A DNA stretch of 64,000 nt from a virus. Shown piece by piece: positions 1 through 9,777 of the stretch. Each line of letters starts with the position of its first letter. Positions within the stretch are counted from its first letter, which is position 1. The stretch lies in the IMG/VR virus record IMGVR_UViG_3300043395_003089, positions 25,168 to 89,167 of that record. One strand, given 5' to 3'. The notes under the pieces were generated by a model that searched no databases, was not told the origin of the DNA, and saw only the letters and a list, made by a program, of their open reading frames with translations. Both the position numbers and the translations under genes were made by a program.

Positions 1-1035
1 ATCAACGCTTGGCGTGGCGCCGTCGCGGGCGTCGTGCGCCAGTTGATGTGCGACGAGCGCAAGGCGAAGGTCATGACGCTCACGATCTCGTTCCGTTGCA
101 GCAAGGCCGTGATCGACGCTGCGCGAGCGCTCGTGCCCGAAGTCCGGGCGTTGCCCGACGCGCTCGAAGGCTCGGTCACGACTGTCGGCCTGCGCGACGT
201 GCCACGCATGATCATCGCGCGGCCGAGCGACGAGATCCACACGTTCGTGTTGTCGCGCAACAACGCCGCGCTACTCGACACGGCGCTCTTGCTCTGGCGC
301 GAGGGCGTGCGCTTTCAGCTCAATGCAGGTCAGGAGATGCTCGCGCCGCTGTTCGAGTTGCTCGACAAGTTGGATCTGCGTACGCCCGATCTGTTTCGCA
401 AGTCGCTCAAGAAATGGCACGCCGAGGCGCTGGAGAAAGCCGAGACCGCGGGCTCGATCGAGCAGATCGAACGCGTCAACGAGCAACACTCGATGCTGCA
501 CTCGGCGGTGAGCTACGTCGCGCCGACGGGGCTTCGCAAGCTCCTCAACACGATCTTGGAAGTTGGCAAGACCGGTGTGCTGCTCTCGACCGTGCACAAG
601 GTCAAGGGCCTCGAAGCCGATCGCGTGTTCTTGCTCAAGCAGACGTTCAATCGTCACAAGGCTGTGCCAGTGTGGCAGCGCGTTGGTGGTGACGAGCACG
701 GCGACGAGCGGATCGATTACATCAAGGTCGGCGTGTTCAAAGCCGGTGACGACAGCGACGAGGCGAACATCGAATACGTCGCGATCACGCGCGCGAAGGA
801 GCACTTGATCTGGGTCAACATGCCCGAGCGCGAGCACGAGGAGCTGCCCGCCGAGCCGCTGATCCCACAGATGCTCGCGTCGCTGACCGATGCGCAGCTC
901 GCCGAGGAATTCGAGAAAGCGGAGGGCGAGTTGATGCGCTACTCCTCGATGGGCGAGCAAGACAAGGCCGATCATTGGGCGAAGTACGCCAAGCTGATCG
1001 CAGCCGAACAATCCAAGCAGGAACGCGCACGATGA
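1..1035 (+). CDS. SF1 (UvrD/Rep-like) DNA helicase, C-terminal part (5' truncated by window)
   Basis: Open frame from base 1 (INAWRGA, motif III-like); motifs SFRC, STVHKVKGLE (Va) and YVAITRAK (VI). Confidence 0.9.
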   Translation: MNAWRGAVAGVVRQLMCDERKAKVMTLTISFRCSKAVIDAARALVPEVRALPDALEGSVTTVGLRDVPRMIIARPSDEIHTFVLSRNNAALLDTALLLWREGVRFQLNAGQEMLAPLFELLDKLDLRTPDLFRKSLKKWHAEALEKAETAGSIEQIERVNEQHSMLHSAVSYVAPTGLRKLLNTILEVGKTGVLLSTVHKVKGLEADRVFLLKQTFNRHKAVPVWQRVGGDEHGDERIDYIKVGVFKAGDDSDEANIEYVAITRAKEHLIWVNMPEREHEELPAEPLIPQMLASLTDAQLAEEFEKAEGELMRYSSMGEQDKADHWAKYAKLIAAEQSKQERAR

Positions 1036-1307
1036 GCAATCGCTACAAAGTCTGGCCGGCGCTTCCCGATGGCTCTCGCGACAGCGAACGCATCTTGCTG
1101 CGCACGGGCCTATCGAAAGACGCCCCCGACTTCGGCGAGAACGACATCGAAGACTTTTTCGGCTCGCTCGTCGAGCTGGCGCAGCTCGCGCGCGAGACGC
1201 GCGGCTACGTCGGGCGCGTGTACATCAGGCAGTTTTTCCCGGGCGAGATCACCACCAAGAGCTGGATCGTCGAGGCCGACGATACCGTTATCGAGGGCTG
1301 GCACTGA
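1032..1307 (+). CDS. hypothetical protein
   Basis: ATGA overlap with helicase stop; natural composition (MSNRYKVW...). Confidence 0.65.
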   Translation: MSNRYKVWPALPDGSRDSERILLRTGLSKDAPDFGENDIEDFFGSLVELAQLARETRGYVGRVYIRQFFPGEITTKSWIVEADDTVIEGWH

Positions 1308-1338
1308 CTGTCAGACCAGTGAGGTAGCGTAGGTCTCG

Positions 1339-2006
1339 ATGAAGACCAGCTATCAGATCGCACCGCGAGCGGCGTCAACCTGTTCGACAATGATCGCGGC
1401 GTGACCTGTATCGATCTGACGACGTTGCCGATCATCAATCGCAAGATGGTCAAGAGCGTCGCGCTGAAAGACGCCGCGTCGATCGCGTGGAAGCTTCAGT
1501 ACGCGCGGGCCTATCAGAAGGTCTACAAGGACTACGTCAAGAACAAGTTCCCCGGCCTGACCGAGCACAACGGGTTCTCGCCGCCTCGAACGCAGGCCGA
1601 GGCCGTGAGAAGCTCGCGGGCTACATCATGGGCAAGGAGCTCGAATTCAAGATCAAGGGCTACTCGTCTGCCGCCAGTCTCGAAGGTCATCGAGAAAGTG
1701 AAAGCCAAGGGCAAGCTCAACGGGCCCGAGACGCTCATGGCCGAGGCGATCTTTGAAGTCGAGTCGTTCCTGAGCGCCAACCCGGCGAAGCTGCACCATG
1801 ACTGGCTCGTCGGCAAAGAGAAGATGAACGGCGCGACCGTGCGCGGCCTAGCCTATCAGCTCTCGCAGATCGTGTTCTCGATCATCGTCGGTCAGACGTG
1901 GTTCAGCGATTGCCCGACGCCCGACGACAACACGGTCACGCACAAGACGCAGCACGGCGACGTCGTGATCGCGGCCGAGCTGCGCGAGATCGAGATCAAG
2001 CTGTAG
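1339..2006 (+). pseudogene. frameshifted phage protein fragment
   Basis: Promoter motif leads to ATG 1339, which is out of frame with ORF 1401-2006; within the ORF a Ser/Arg-rich stretch (~1605-1668) reads more naturally in another frame (EKLAGYIMGKELEFKIKGYSS). Confidence 0.5.
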
Positions 2007-2029
2007 CTGGCAGACCAGCGAGCTAAGGT
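2004..2029 (+). promoter_or_regulatory. class I motif exemplar TAGCTGGCAGACCAGCGAGC-TAAGGT (14 copies in window)
   Basis: Recurs at 1308, 6094(-), 6118, 10298(-), 15136(-), 24788, 30560(-), 38982(-), 40562, 44740, 45412, 56739(-), 59744. Confidence 0.8.
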
Positions 2030-2038
2030 CGTTGCGCG

Positions 2039-2842
2039 ATGGCAAAGACCTGGTGTTCTGTTTGCGGCGAGCGGCAGTTTCACGTTCCTGACAACGAGCT
2101 GCCAACGTGCGCGAATGGTCACGGCGGCGCTCCCGGCCTCGATCAAAGTGAAGCGCAAGCGCTGGGCTACGACACGTCCAAGCGCTTGCGCCGGATCATT
2201 CGAGTGCCGCGCGCCGAGGTGCACAAGCGACCGACGATCGCGAAGCGCTCGCAGGACGAACGCGATCTGTCCGATGCAACGTGCACGCCGAAGTGGCTCG
2301 CGGATTTTCTCTACAAGGCCCGAGGCAATCGGCCGTTCGATCTCGACCCGTGCAGCAACGAACGCTCGCACATCATCGCGCATTGGTCATTCTCGCTAGA
2401 GAAGAAGCTCGACGGGCTCAAGCTTCCGTGGCGCGGTGAAGTCTTCAAGAACAACCCGTTCTCGGCGCCGATGCTGTGGCAAGAGAAAGCCGTCTACGAG
2501 CTGACGCTCGGTCGTTGCACCGAGCTCGTCGAGCTGTGCAAGATGGATCCGAGCACCGAGTGGTGGGGCGTTATCGCGCAGCCGATCGTTGCCGGTGGCG
2601 CGGATTGGAGCCATCGCGAGATCGTCTACACGCCGGACTTGTGGCTGTTCCGCGATCGCATCCAATACGACGAGCACCCGCTGTTGATCGAGAAACGCCG
2701 CTGCGAGATCGCCGAGGGCAAGCGCAAGGGCAACAAGAGCGGCAAGAGCTCGAACAACTTCTGCTCGGCGCTGATCCATCATCGGTTCGACAAGCCGCGC
2801 TTGCCGCTCGAAGAATTCGCCGACCTGTGGATCAGGCCGTAG
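2039..2842 (+). CDS. phage Dam-like DNA N6-adenine methyltransferase (divergent) with N-terminal Cys knuckle
   Basis: TPKWL...FDLDPCS...FKNNPFS...DPSTEWW...RIQY pattern of phage Dam family; NPPY appears as NNPF. Confidence 0.7.
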   Translation: MAKTWCSVCGERQFHVPDNELPTCANGHGGAPGLDQSEAQALGYDTSKRLRRIIRVPRAEVHKRPTIAKRSQDERDLSDATCTPKWLADFLYKARGNRPFDLDPCSNERSHIIAHWSFSLEKKLDGLKLPWRGEVFKNNPFSAPMLWQEKAVYELTLGRCTELVELCKMDPSTEWWGVIAQPIVAGGADWSHREIVYTPDLWLFRDRIQYDEHPLLIEKRRCEIAEGKRKGNKSGKSSNNFCSALIHHRFDKPRLPLEEFADLWIRP

Positions 2843-3044
2843 CTATCAGCCTGGCGCACCACCACTTGACGTCGGATTTCTCTTGTGGGAGCTTTGGGGC
2901 ATGGCGAAAAAGCACTGCAAGTTTGGCAAGGTCTCTCGTGGTCGTCGCAAGGGCCAGTGCCGAAAGTCGCGCAAGACGCGACGCAAGCGCTAGTCGATCG
3001 CTTTCTCGAAGCGGGCTATGATGTCCGCTAGTGGAGGCTGATCA

Positions 3045-3377
3045 ATGTACGCGCTGAGATCCTACGAACAGACCGCGGTGTATGACCCCACGAATCCCGA
3101 TCAACGGATTCGTGAAGGCTACGCCAGCGACCCGGGGCGCTGGACTTCCTACTACTGGAACCCAGTGGACACGGGTGCGCAGTTGCGCGGCTCGGGTCTC
3201 GGGATCTCGTGGTCGTCGCTCGGCTCGACGGCGCAGATCGGCGTGATCGCGGTTGTCGGCGCGCTCGCCGGCTACTTCACGTGGAAGCAGTGGGGCGACA
3301 AGCTCCGTCCGACCATGAAAAAGATCCCGATCATCGGCTCGCAATTCGCCGGCTACAAGCGGCGGGGGCGGCGCTGA
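3045..3377 (+). CDS. single-pass membrane virion protein
   Basis: GGAGG SD; LRGSGLG motif, then TM (IGVIAVVGALAGYFTW), basic C-terminus. Confidence 0.7.
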   Translation: MYALRSYEQTAVYDPTNPDQRIREGYASDPGRWTSYYWNPVDTGAQLRGSGLGISWSSLGSTAQIGVIAVVGALAGYFTWKQWGDKLRPTMKKIPIIGSQFAGYKRRGRR

Positions 3378-3380
3378 CCG

Positions 3381-3686
3381 ATGGCTCGCGTATCTGGTCG
3401 AACGATTCGAGCCATCCCATCGTTCAAGGCATTTTGCGCGTCCGTACACTCGACCAAGGCAGCGCGAACGCGCTGCGTCCGTCAATTGATGGACAGCGCC
3501 GAGACCAAGGCAGAGATGCGAGGCCTAGGGGCTCCGGGCTGCGTCGAGACGGTGAAGACGATCACCAAGCGTGACGGTAAAAAGGTCACGTTCCGTACGC
3601 GCGTTGGTGATGATTGCCCCAAAAGGATGCGGCCATCCACGCAGCATCTTCGGCCGTGGCAGTACAAATCGCAGGGTCGGCGCTGA
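3381..3686 (+). CDS. small basic Cys-containing protein (putative DNA-condensing core protein)
   Basis: Very K/R-rich; MRGLGAP motif. Confidence 0.65.
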   Translation: MARVSGRTIRAIPSFKAFCASVHSTKAARTRCVRQLMDSAETKAEMRGLGAPGCVETVKTITKRDGKKVTFRTRVGDDCPKRMRPSTQHLRPWQYKSQGRR

Positions 3687-3689
3687 CCG

Positions 3690-3938
3690 ATGGCTCGCAC
3701 CGTCACCAGCGAGAACGCGCGGATCAACCGGCGCTGCGAAACAGCGCTGAAGGCCTTGAGCCCGCGCGAGTGCGACGCCCGAGCGGCGCTGCGCGCGAGC
3801 AACGCATGCGCCCACGTTCAATGGGGCACGCGGCTCGACAAGCACGCCAAGCGCGTGCTCAAGCGGCACGGGACATCATGCCCGGCGTTGCGCTTCGATG
3901 GATTCCACGGAACCCGCCGACGTCGGCGCCGTCGGTGA
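3690..3938 (+). CDS. small basic protein with poly-Arg tail
   Basis: Ends FDGFHGTRRRRRRR; 4 Cys. Confidence 0.65.
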   Translation: MARTVTSENARINRRCETALKALSPRECDARAALRASNACAHVQWGTRLDKHAKRVLKRHGTSCPALRFDGFHGTRRRRRRR

Positions 3939-3950
3939 TAGGCTAGGGCC

Positions 3951-4193
3951 ATGCCCGCGTTGATGTCATTGGAAGGCCCCCGGGTCACGCACCTGGACGA
4001 GATCCGCAATCAGCTCTACGCCGCAACACCGCGGAGCTGGTGGCGAGCACAGGCCTCGCTCAAGGGCTTCACCGAGCCGTTCATCGCGCACCCGGTGTGG
4101 CTGCTTCTTGGCATCTTCGGCGGCATGTGGCTCGCGGGCAGCAAGACGGGGCAGACGTTGATCGCGAAGGCGAAGTACAAGCCCGGGTCTTAG
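3951..4193 (+). CDS. small membrane protein
   Basis: Preceded by GTGATAGGCT motif; TM VWLLLGIFGGMWLAG. Confidence 0.65.
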   Translation: MPALMSLEGPRVTHLDEIRNQLYAATPRSWWRAQASLKGFTEPFIAHPVWLLLGIFGGMWLAGSKTGQTLIAKAKYKPGS

Positions 4194-4338
4194 TCGTTGC
4201 CGTTCGAGCTCGCGTCTCGCTTGCACGATGGCGCGGATGAGCAGCGCGGCGCGATCTGGTTGGTTGGGCATGCTCGGGTTCTAGTCGGGAGCCGATCGGG
4301 AGGGCAAGCGGGAGCGATCTCGGTGTAGGCTAGACCGC

Positions 4339-4656
4339 ATGGCCAAGCGGATCGACGATAGCCACCAGCCGTACAAGCGCACGCGCAAGCTCGGGCCCGG
4401 CCCCGATCGGAGCCCGCCCAAGCTTCAGGCGCGCGACTGGGAGTGTCATCGCGGGAAGCGGCCCTACGAGCAGATCTGCGTGTGGGTCGGCGAGGGCAAG
4501 CGCTCGAACACCACGAACCGGATGAATCGCGCGAAGAAAAAGCGCTACAACAAGCGCTATCGCGCGTGGGCGAAGACGCATCGCGCGGCGCTGCGCAACA
4601 AGGGCCGGATCGGCACGTATCGTTGCCACAAGACCAAGCAGACGAGGTGCAAATGA
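4339..4656 (+). CDS. small basic Cys-containing protein
   Basis: K/R-rich; TGTAGGCT 7 nt upstream. Confidence 0.65.
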   Translation: MAKRIDDSHQPYKRTRKLGPGPDRSPPKLQARDWECHRGKRPYEQICVWVGEGKRSNTTNRMNRAKKKRYNKRYRAWAKTHRAALRNKGRIGTYRCHKTKQTRCK

Positions 4657-4783
4657 GCGTATCGGGCAACAGCCGAGTCGTGCCGATCCGAGAGCGCGAG
4701 ATCTTGGTGCTGCCGATCATAGACGCGACGCCGCCCGAGATGTATCGCCGGCTCGAAACTGACTTGCGGAAGGCGCTCAAGCG

Positions 4784-4954
4784 ATGAGCAAGCATCGCGT
4801 TGGACGCCCCAAGCGCACGAAGGCCGCGCGAGCTTGCCTCGCGCAGCGGATCCGCAAGCACTGTCGCAAAAAGAATTGCGAGCGGATCGAGCCCCGACGG
4901 CAAGCGATCGCGATCGCGTTCAGCCAGTGCCGGCGGCTTGGCTTCAAGGTCTGA
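4784..4954 (+). CDS. 56-aa basic protein (not in ORF track)
   Basis: MSKHRVGRPKRTK...QAIAIAFSQCRRLGFKV; ATGA-coupled to small ORF 4653-4787. Confidence 0.55.
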   Translation: MSKHRVGRPKRTKAARACLAQRIRKHCRKKNCERIEPRRQAIAIAFSQCRRLGFKV

Positions 4955-5119
4955 CTAAAACGTAGCCTTAGCAGCCTCGTCCAGATGGCAAGCATCCTTG
5001 CGTGTCTTGAGCTGCTTGAGTGTTTCGGTGTTGAGCGAGAGCTTGGTGTTCTTGATTTTCTTCATCGACGCATTCCTTGGTTGGTTGTTTCATCAAGCCA
5101 CGGCAGGTGCCGTAGGGCA

Positions 5120-5422
5120 TCAAGTAGCGTAACCCAGCTCGTAGAGTAATCGCATGAGGATGTCGCCATGACAGGCAAGCGGCGCGCAGTAGCAAGCAAG
5201 CGGCTTGTCACCGTCGACGAGCTCAGGGAGCGCGGCCATGAGCTGAGGCGAGCTACGAAGCCACGGCTCGTAGGCTTGAATCGCGAGCGCGCGATTGAGA
5301 ACTTTGAAGCGCGCGATCGTTGATGGCAGATGCGAGTACGGGTTACCCCACTTCGACGGTCGGCCGATATAGACGTACTGATCCGGCCGCAGTCGAGTCG
5401 TGTTGAGATTGATCAGCCGCAT
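5120..5422 (-). CDS. DUF4326-like protein
   Basis: YVYIGRPSKWGNPY...LACYCAPLACHGDIL signature. Confidence 0.85.
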   Translation of the reverse strand: MRLINLNTTRLRPDQYVYIGRPSKWGNPYSHLPSTIARFKVLNRALAIQAYEPWLRSSPQLMAALPELVDGDKPLACYCAPLACHGDILMRLLYELGYAT

Positions 5423-5575
5423 CGCGCTTCCGGCCAGCCGAGCAATCGCCGCACGCGGCGTTGACGCTCTTGTGCCTCTTGCTCGACACGCGCGATCTCC
5501 AGGCGGCACCAGACGCAACCGCACGTCGGTGACACAGGATGATGGTCGTGTTTCTTCATGCCGCTCGTGCTCCTA

Positions 5576-6079
5576 TCACAACTCCTCGTCGAATTCTTCC
5601 TCGTCTTCGTCGTCGTGCATGCCGTGGAGCAGTGCCCGCATCTTGATCAACTCGGCTGCGCCCATCTCGCGTGGGTCATCCCAGAATTCGAGGATCGAGT
5701 ACGAGACCACGTCGGGCGTCTTGCCGTTGGTCGACGTCGGGAACAGCGGATCGAGCATCTCGCCCGCGAACTTGGCATTGACAGCCGACTCGCGCTCGCG
5801 CTCGTCGCGGATCTTGCGACGTAAGTCCGTCGTCGCGCGGCGCCTGGCCTCACGCGCGAGCTTGCGGCTCGACCGTGCCTGTCTGTAGTCGTAGACCAGC
5901 GCAGTCAGCCGGTTGTGGATCGGTTCGAGCGCCTTGAAGAATGCATCACGCTGTTGTTCACAGACATCGAGAACAGCTTGAGCGTCCTCGCGAGTCATGC
6001 GATACGCGACCGGCCACATGGTGTCGAGTGCCTCGGCAACGTACGTGTGGCGTCCAACGACGCAGTAGAGCGCGGGCAT
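5576..6079 (-). CDS. hypothetical protein with acidic tail
   Basis: Start placed at MPALYC, just downstream of class I promoter motif. Confidence 0.65.
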   Translation of the reverse strand: MPALYCVVGRHTYVAEALDTMWPVAYRMTREDAQAVLDVCEQQRDAFFKALEPIHNRLTALVYDYRQARSSRKLAREARRRATTDLRRKIRDERERESAVNAKFAGEMLDPLFPTSTNGKTPDVVSYSILEFWDDPREMGAAELIKMRALLHGMHDDEDEEEFDEEL

Positions 6080-6149
6080 CTCGACAGGGAGTCTAGCTCG
6101 CTGCTCTGACAGCAACGTTGGCAGCTCAGCGAGGTAGACTGGCTACGAC

Positions 6150-6407
6150 ATGAAACTACGCGAGCCCGAACCACTGCCGCACTTGCGCGACTGCCGAGCC
6201 GAGCCGTTACCGCTCGCGCGCTCGCATCCGCGCACGATCTTGCCGCGTTGGGGTCGGCGCTTTTTCGCGTTCGTCGACAAGACACTCGCGCGGCGTGACG
6301 CCCCGTTGTCGTTGCTCTGCGCGTTGCTGCTCGGCCTCGTATTCGTCGTGATCCCGACGGTGTTCGCGCTGTGGATCTGGCGTGGAGATTATCGTGTCGA
6401 GACGTAG
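6150..6407 (+). CDS. small membrane protein
   Basis: Class I motif upstream; C-terminal TM. Confidence 0.55.
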   Translation: MKLREPEPLPHLRDCRAEPLPLARSHPRTILPRWGRRFFAFVDKTLARRDAPLSLLCALLLGLVFVVIPTVFALWIWRGDYRVET

Positions 6408-6608
6408 ACGACGATGCGTCGGTTGCGGCGCGCTCTTTCTGATGCCGCGCGACCCGAGTCGCTACAACGATAGCTGCATGCGCTGCATGGGCTACACGGT
6501 GAAGACGCTCTTGCAACTACGCACGCTTCAGAGCCCGGCGCGCTACAACCGACAGTGCGAGGCCTGCACGCCGCGAGGAAGAACACTCAACGAGCGCCAC
6601 GAGCTCGA

Positions 6609-9488
6609 CTAGCGTGGGCGCGCGTAGTCGGCCGTGAGCGTCGCGTGAACATCGCCGGGCCGCGCGTCGTCGTAGAAAGGCACCGGTCGCATGGCGCCCT
6701 TCACGGGCACGTGCTGGCCATCCATCGTCTCGACCCAAGCGGTTCCCTGTTGCTTCCACTTGCGGCGCCACGCCTCGGCCTCGGGCAACGTCAGCGCCCG
6801 CGGGGCGTCGACGATCTTGCGGACGCTAACGATCTTGCCGTCGCGGCGCGTGACGAGGTTGTAGGCGACGCGATAGCCGGTGGTGGAGCCCATGCCGGCA
6901 TTCTTGCGCGCTGCTCTGCCACGAAGGCCGAACAGATGGTGCTTGCTGAGTGTGTGGTGAGCAGCGGCGAAGCGTCGATCCGTCGAAGGCGATTGCTCGA
7001 AGTCTCGAAGGAGCTTGCGTGCATCATCGAGCGACGCCGAACGCGGCAACGTACGGAGCAGCTTCGAGACCTGCCATGCGCCCATTGCGGCGACGCGGCG
7101 AGCTTCTTCCTCGGTATCAGCCGTGCCGAACGGGATCAGCGGCTTGGTCCATTCGCCGTTGCGAATGTGCGGCACGCTCGCGATCTCGTCGCGTTCAAGC
7201 CCCCATGCGAGGAGTAGCTCGGGTTCCCACTGGCCTGGATTTTTTGGATCCTCGTGAACGTCCCACCAGACGTTGTAGACATTGTTGGAGCCGTCCTGTG
7301 GATAGATTCTCACGGCGCCCGAGTCGGCGTGGTCATGATTCATCGTCGTCAGTACCGAGATCGGGATCTCGTTCTGCTCGGCGAAGTCTTCGGCGATGTC
7401 TAGCGCCTCGGGTCCTTCGTTGTTGATCAGCCGACGAAACATGTTGCGCTGGTTCCTGAGATCCTCGTCGTCGAGCTCGAAGTACGTTACGTTCTCGTTC
7501 ATGCGCCCCGCAGCCATCGCCTCTTCGCGGGTCGCGTAGCGCGACGTCTTGATCTTGCGGGCGCCGAGCCCGAACAGCTCGGGCTGCTCCTTCAAGTGAT
7601 CGCGCGCGGAGTCGCGATAGATCGCGTCGACGACACGTTGACGATAGGCTCCCTCGGTCAGATTTTTCCCGCGGTACAGCTTCAACTCGTTGGCGACTTC
7701 CCAAGCCTCGGCGCCGACGATCTGTTCGAGCTCGCGAAGCGACTTGGCTCGACGAGGGTAGCCAGCGCCGATGTGTAGCGGCTTGTTGTCAAGCAATGTA
7801 TTCCACTCGACATCGTAGAGTTGTTTGCCGTCGACGCTCCTCCCCGGGAGACGGGTGATCGTCCAACTCACGCGTGTCGCCGGATCGTCTGGGGCTCCAA
7901 CCGGGCTCAAGTAAAGCGTACGCAGCTCGCCGATCTTGATTCCGTGCTCTAGCGCGTAGTCGGTCGCAGCAACCAACTCGGCCGGCGTCTGCGCGGTCTG
8001 AGTGAGCATCTTGAAAGTCTCGGTCGGAAACTCGTTGCGGTCCTCGCGCTCGCCACGAAGCCCGAACAGCTCCTCGGGCTCGCTGTTGTCGCGATCGAGC
8101 GTATGGAAGATATCGCGTGCTTGCGGCGTGAAGCCTTGCGCACGCAGCTTCTTCGTCTCTTTCGCGAGTGCCCATGCCTGCGCGGTCGCCGCGCGTCGGC
8201 AGTAGTCCATGTTGCCTTGGTAGTGCTCCTCGAACTTGACGTGATCGCTCTCGCGTTCTTCGCCGCCAACGCGCGCTCCATCGATACGAACATCGAAGAC
8301 GGCTTTGCACTCGCCACCGTGGCGCTCGTTCACGCGCTTGACGCGCCACGAGACACGGTCACGCTTGAAGATGTCCTCGTTGTTGTCGAGCCAGAACGTG
8401 CCGCGGTTGTCGGTGCCGCCTTTGGACAGCTCGCTCAGCTTGATCTCGTGTTGAAGCGCGAGATCCTCGGCGGGAACAAGCGCGCCCGGATCGGGGTCAG
8501 CGATCAGCTCCTTGATCTGCTTGCTCACGCGTTGACGTTCGGCCAACGGATCTTCGCCGAGGCCGCGTTTCTGGCGCGCGACGCAACGCTTGAACGCAGC
8601 GGGTGGCATGTTGACGCTACACGTCTCGCCGAGATCGTCGAGCCCCTTTAGCTTGTAGCCTTTCTCTCGAAGTTTTTGCACTTCCCGCAGGCGCTCCTGC
8701 CACTCGTTGTGCGACTCATGCGGATGCCAGGCGTCGACCGGCGTCGAGCGCGTTGGTGGCGGCACTGGCGGCGTATCCTGTCGGCCGAGGCCTGAGATCA
8801 TCGGCAGATCGATCTTGCCTTTCTTCCACCACGAGTAGGCCAGCGCGCCACCGACGGCGCCGAGGATGCCAATCGCGAACGGGAGCCACGTCTTGGGCTG
8901 CGCAGCGTCGAGCACGAGCTTTTGCAAGCCCTGCGCGGTCACGCGCGCGGCGTCGCCGCCGAAGTGCACGCCATCGCGAGCTCGACCGACCATCGCCGTG
9001 ATCGGCCGCGGATCGATGTAGCGGTTCTTGCCGAACACGCTCTGCATCATCTCGATCACGGGCAGCGCCTGTTGGGTCAGCTGATCATTGGCGTACGCGA
9101 ACGGCCCGATCGCCCACACGTCGGCGCCGAGGCCCTTGTAGAAGTCGCGGATCTTCGTCATCGCCTGCTTGTCGACGTCGAGATTGAGCCCGATGTCGTT
9201 GGTGCCAAGCACGACGAAAACCTTGGTCGGCATGAACGCTTGATCGCTGCCGAGCAAGGCCTGGAAGTTCTCGCGGCCGAAGAAATTGTGCGCGCTGCGG
9301 CCCACACGCGCGTTGACACGCACGGCCGAGGCTCCCTGTTCGAGCAGCATGCTCGCGAGCAAGTCGCCGGGCTGGCCGGACGCGCGATTCGAGCCCGTGT
9401 CAACGTCCCAGATCTCGGGCCCGGCGTCGGGGCCGTGATGGCTCAACGAATCGCCAAAAATCAAGATGCGCTGCCCGCGGACGTCCAT
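6609..9488 (-). CDS. SGNH/GDSL hydrolase domain + TM + three tandem repeated domains (putative polyprotein)
   Basis: FGDSL, G, LGTND, DGVH blocks of the SGNH family; TM at ~aa 200-220; internal repeats bounded by LFGL(R)G. Confidence 0.85.
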   Translation of the reverse strand: MDVRGQRILIFGDSLSHHGPDAGPEIWDVDTGSNRASGQPGDLLASMLLEQGASAVRVNARVGRSAHNFFGRENFQALLGSDQAFMPTKVFVVLGTNDIGLNLDVDKQAMTKIRDFYKGLGADVWAIGPFAYANDQLTQQALPVIEMMQSVFGKNRYIDPRPITAMVGRARDGVHFGGDAARVTAQGLQKLVLDAAQPKTWLPFAIGILGAVGGALAYSWWKKGKIDLPMISGLGRQDTPPVPPPTRSTPVDAWHPHESHNEWQERLREVQKLREKGYKLKGLDDLGETCSVNMPPAAFKRCVARQKRGLGEDPLAERQRVSKQIKELIADPDPGALVPAEDLALQHEIKLSELSKGGTDNRGTFWLDNNEDIFKRDRVSWRVKRVNERHGGECKAVFDVRIDGARVGGEERESDHVKFEEHYQGNMDYCRRAATAQAWALAKETKKLRAQGFTPQARDIFHTLDRDNSEPEELFGLRGEREDRNEFPTETFKMLTQTAQTPAELVAATDYALEHGIKIGELRTLYLSPVGAPDDPATRVSWTITRLPGRSVDGKQLYDVEWNTLLDNKPLHIGAGYPRRAKSLRELEQIVGAEAWEVANELKLYRGKNLTEGAYRQRVVDAIYRDSARDHLKEQPELFGLGARKIKTSRYATREEAMAAGRMNENVTYFELDDEDLRNQRNMFRRLINNEGPEALDIAEDFAEQNEIPISVLTTMNHDHADSGAVRIYPQDGSNNVYNVWWDVHEDPKNPGQWEPELLLAWGLERDEIASVPHIRNGEWTKPLIPFGTADTEEEARRVAAMGAWQVSKLLRTLPRSASLDDARKLLRDFEQSPSTDRRFAAAHHTLSKHHLFGLRGRAARKNAGMGSTTGYRVAYNLVTRRDGKIVSVRKIVDAPRALTLPEAEAWRRKWKQQGTAWVETMDGQHVPVKGAMRPVPFYDDARPGDVHATLTADYARPR

Positions 9489-9777
9489 GCCCTACAGGCT
9501 ATCACGAGCGGAAATAGGCGAGCCGGCCGGGGTTTCACCGGCTGAGGGAGGAACGCGCACCGCTACGCGCCACAATGGGGCCCTCAACAGCGATCGGGAC
9601 GCGACATCGCACGATCGAGGCCTAGCCAGCGAGGGAAGTCTCTGGGGTCGGCGTTCAGCTCAGAAGTGGCGGATACGATCGAGTGCGGGGTGCGCGAGAG
9701 TCAGGTCCATTACCTGATGCTTGTCGAGAGCATCGTGCGTGTGGGCACCACGCGGCGGATCGTGTCCGAGGCTGGTT

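Noticed and set aside
9660-9775. tRNA
   Set aside because: No T-loop GTTC consensus or correct cloverleaf spacing
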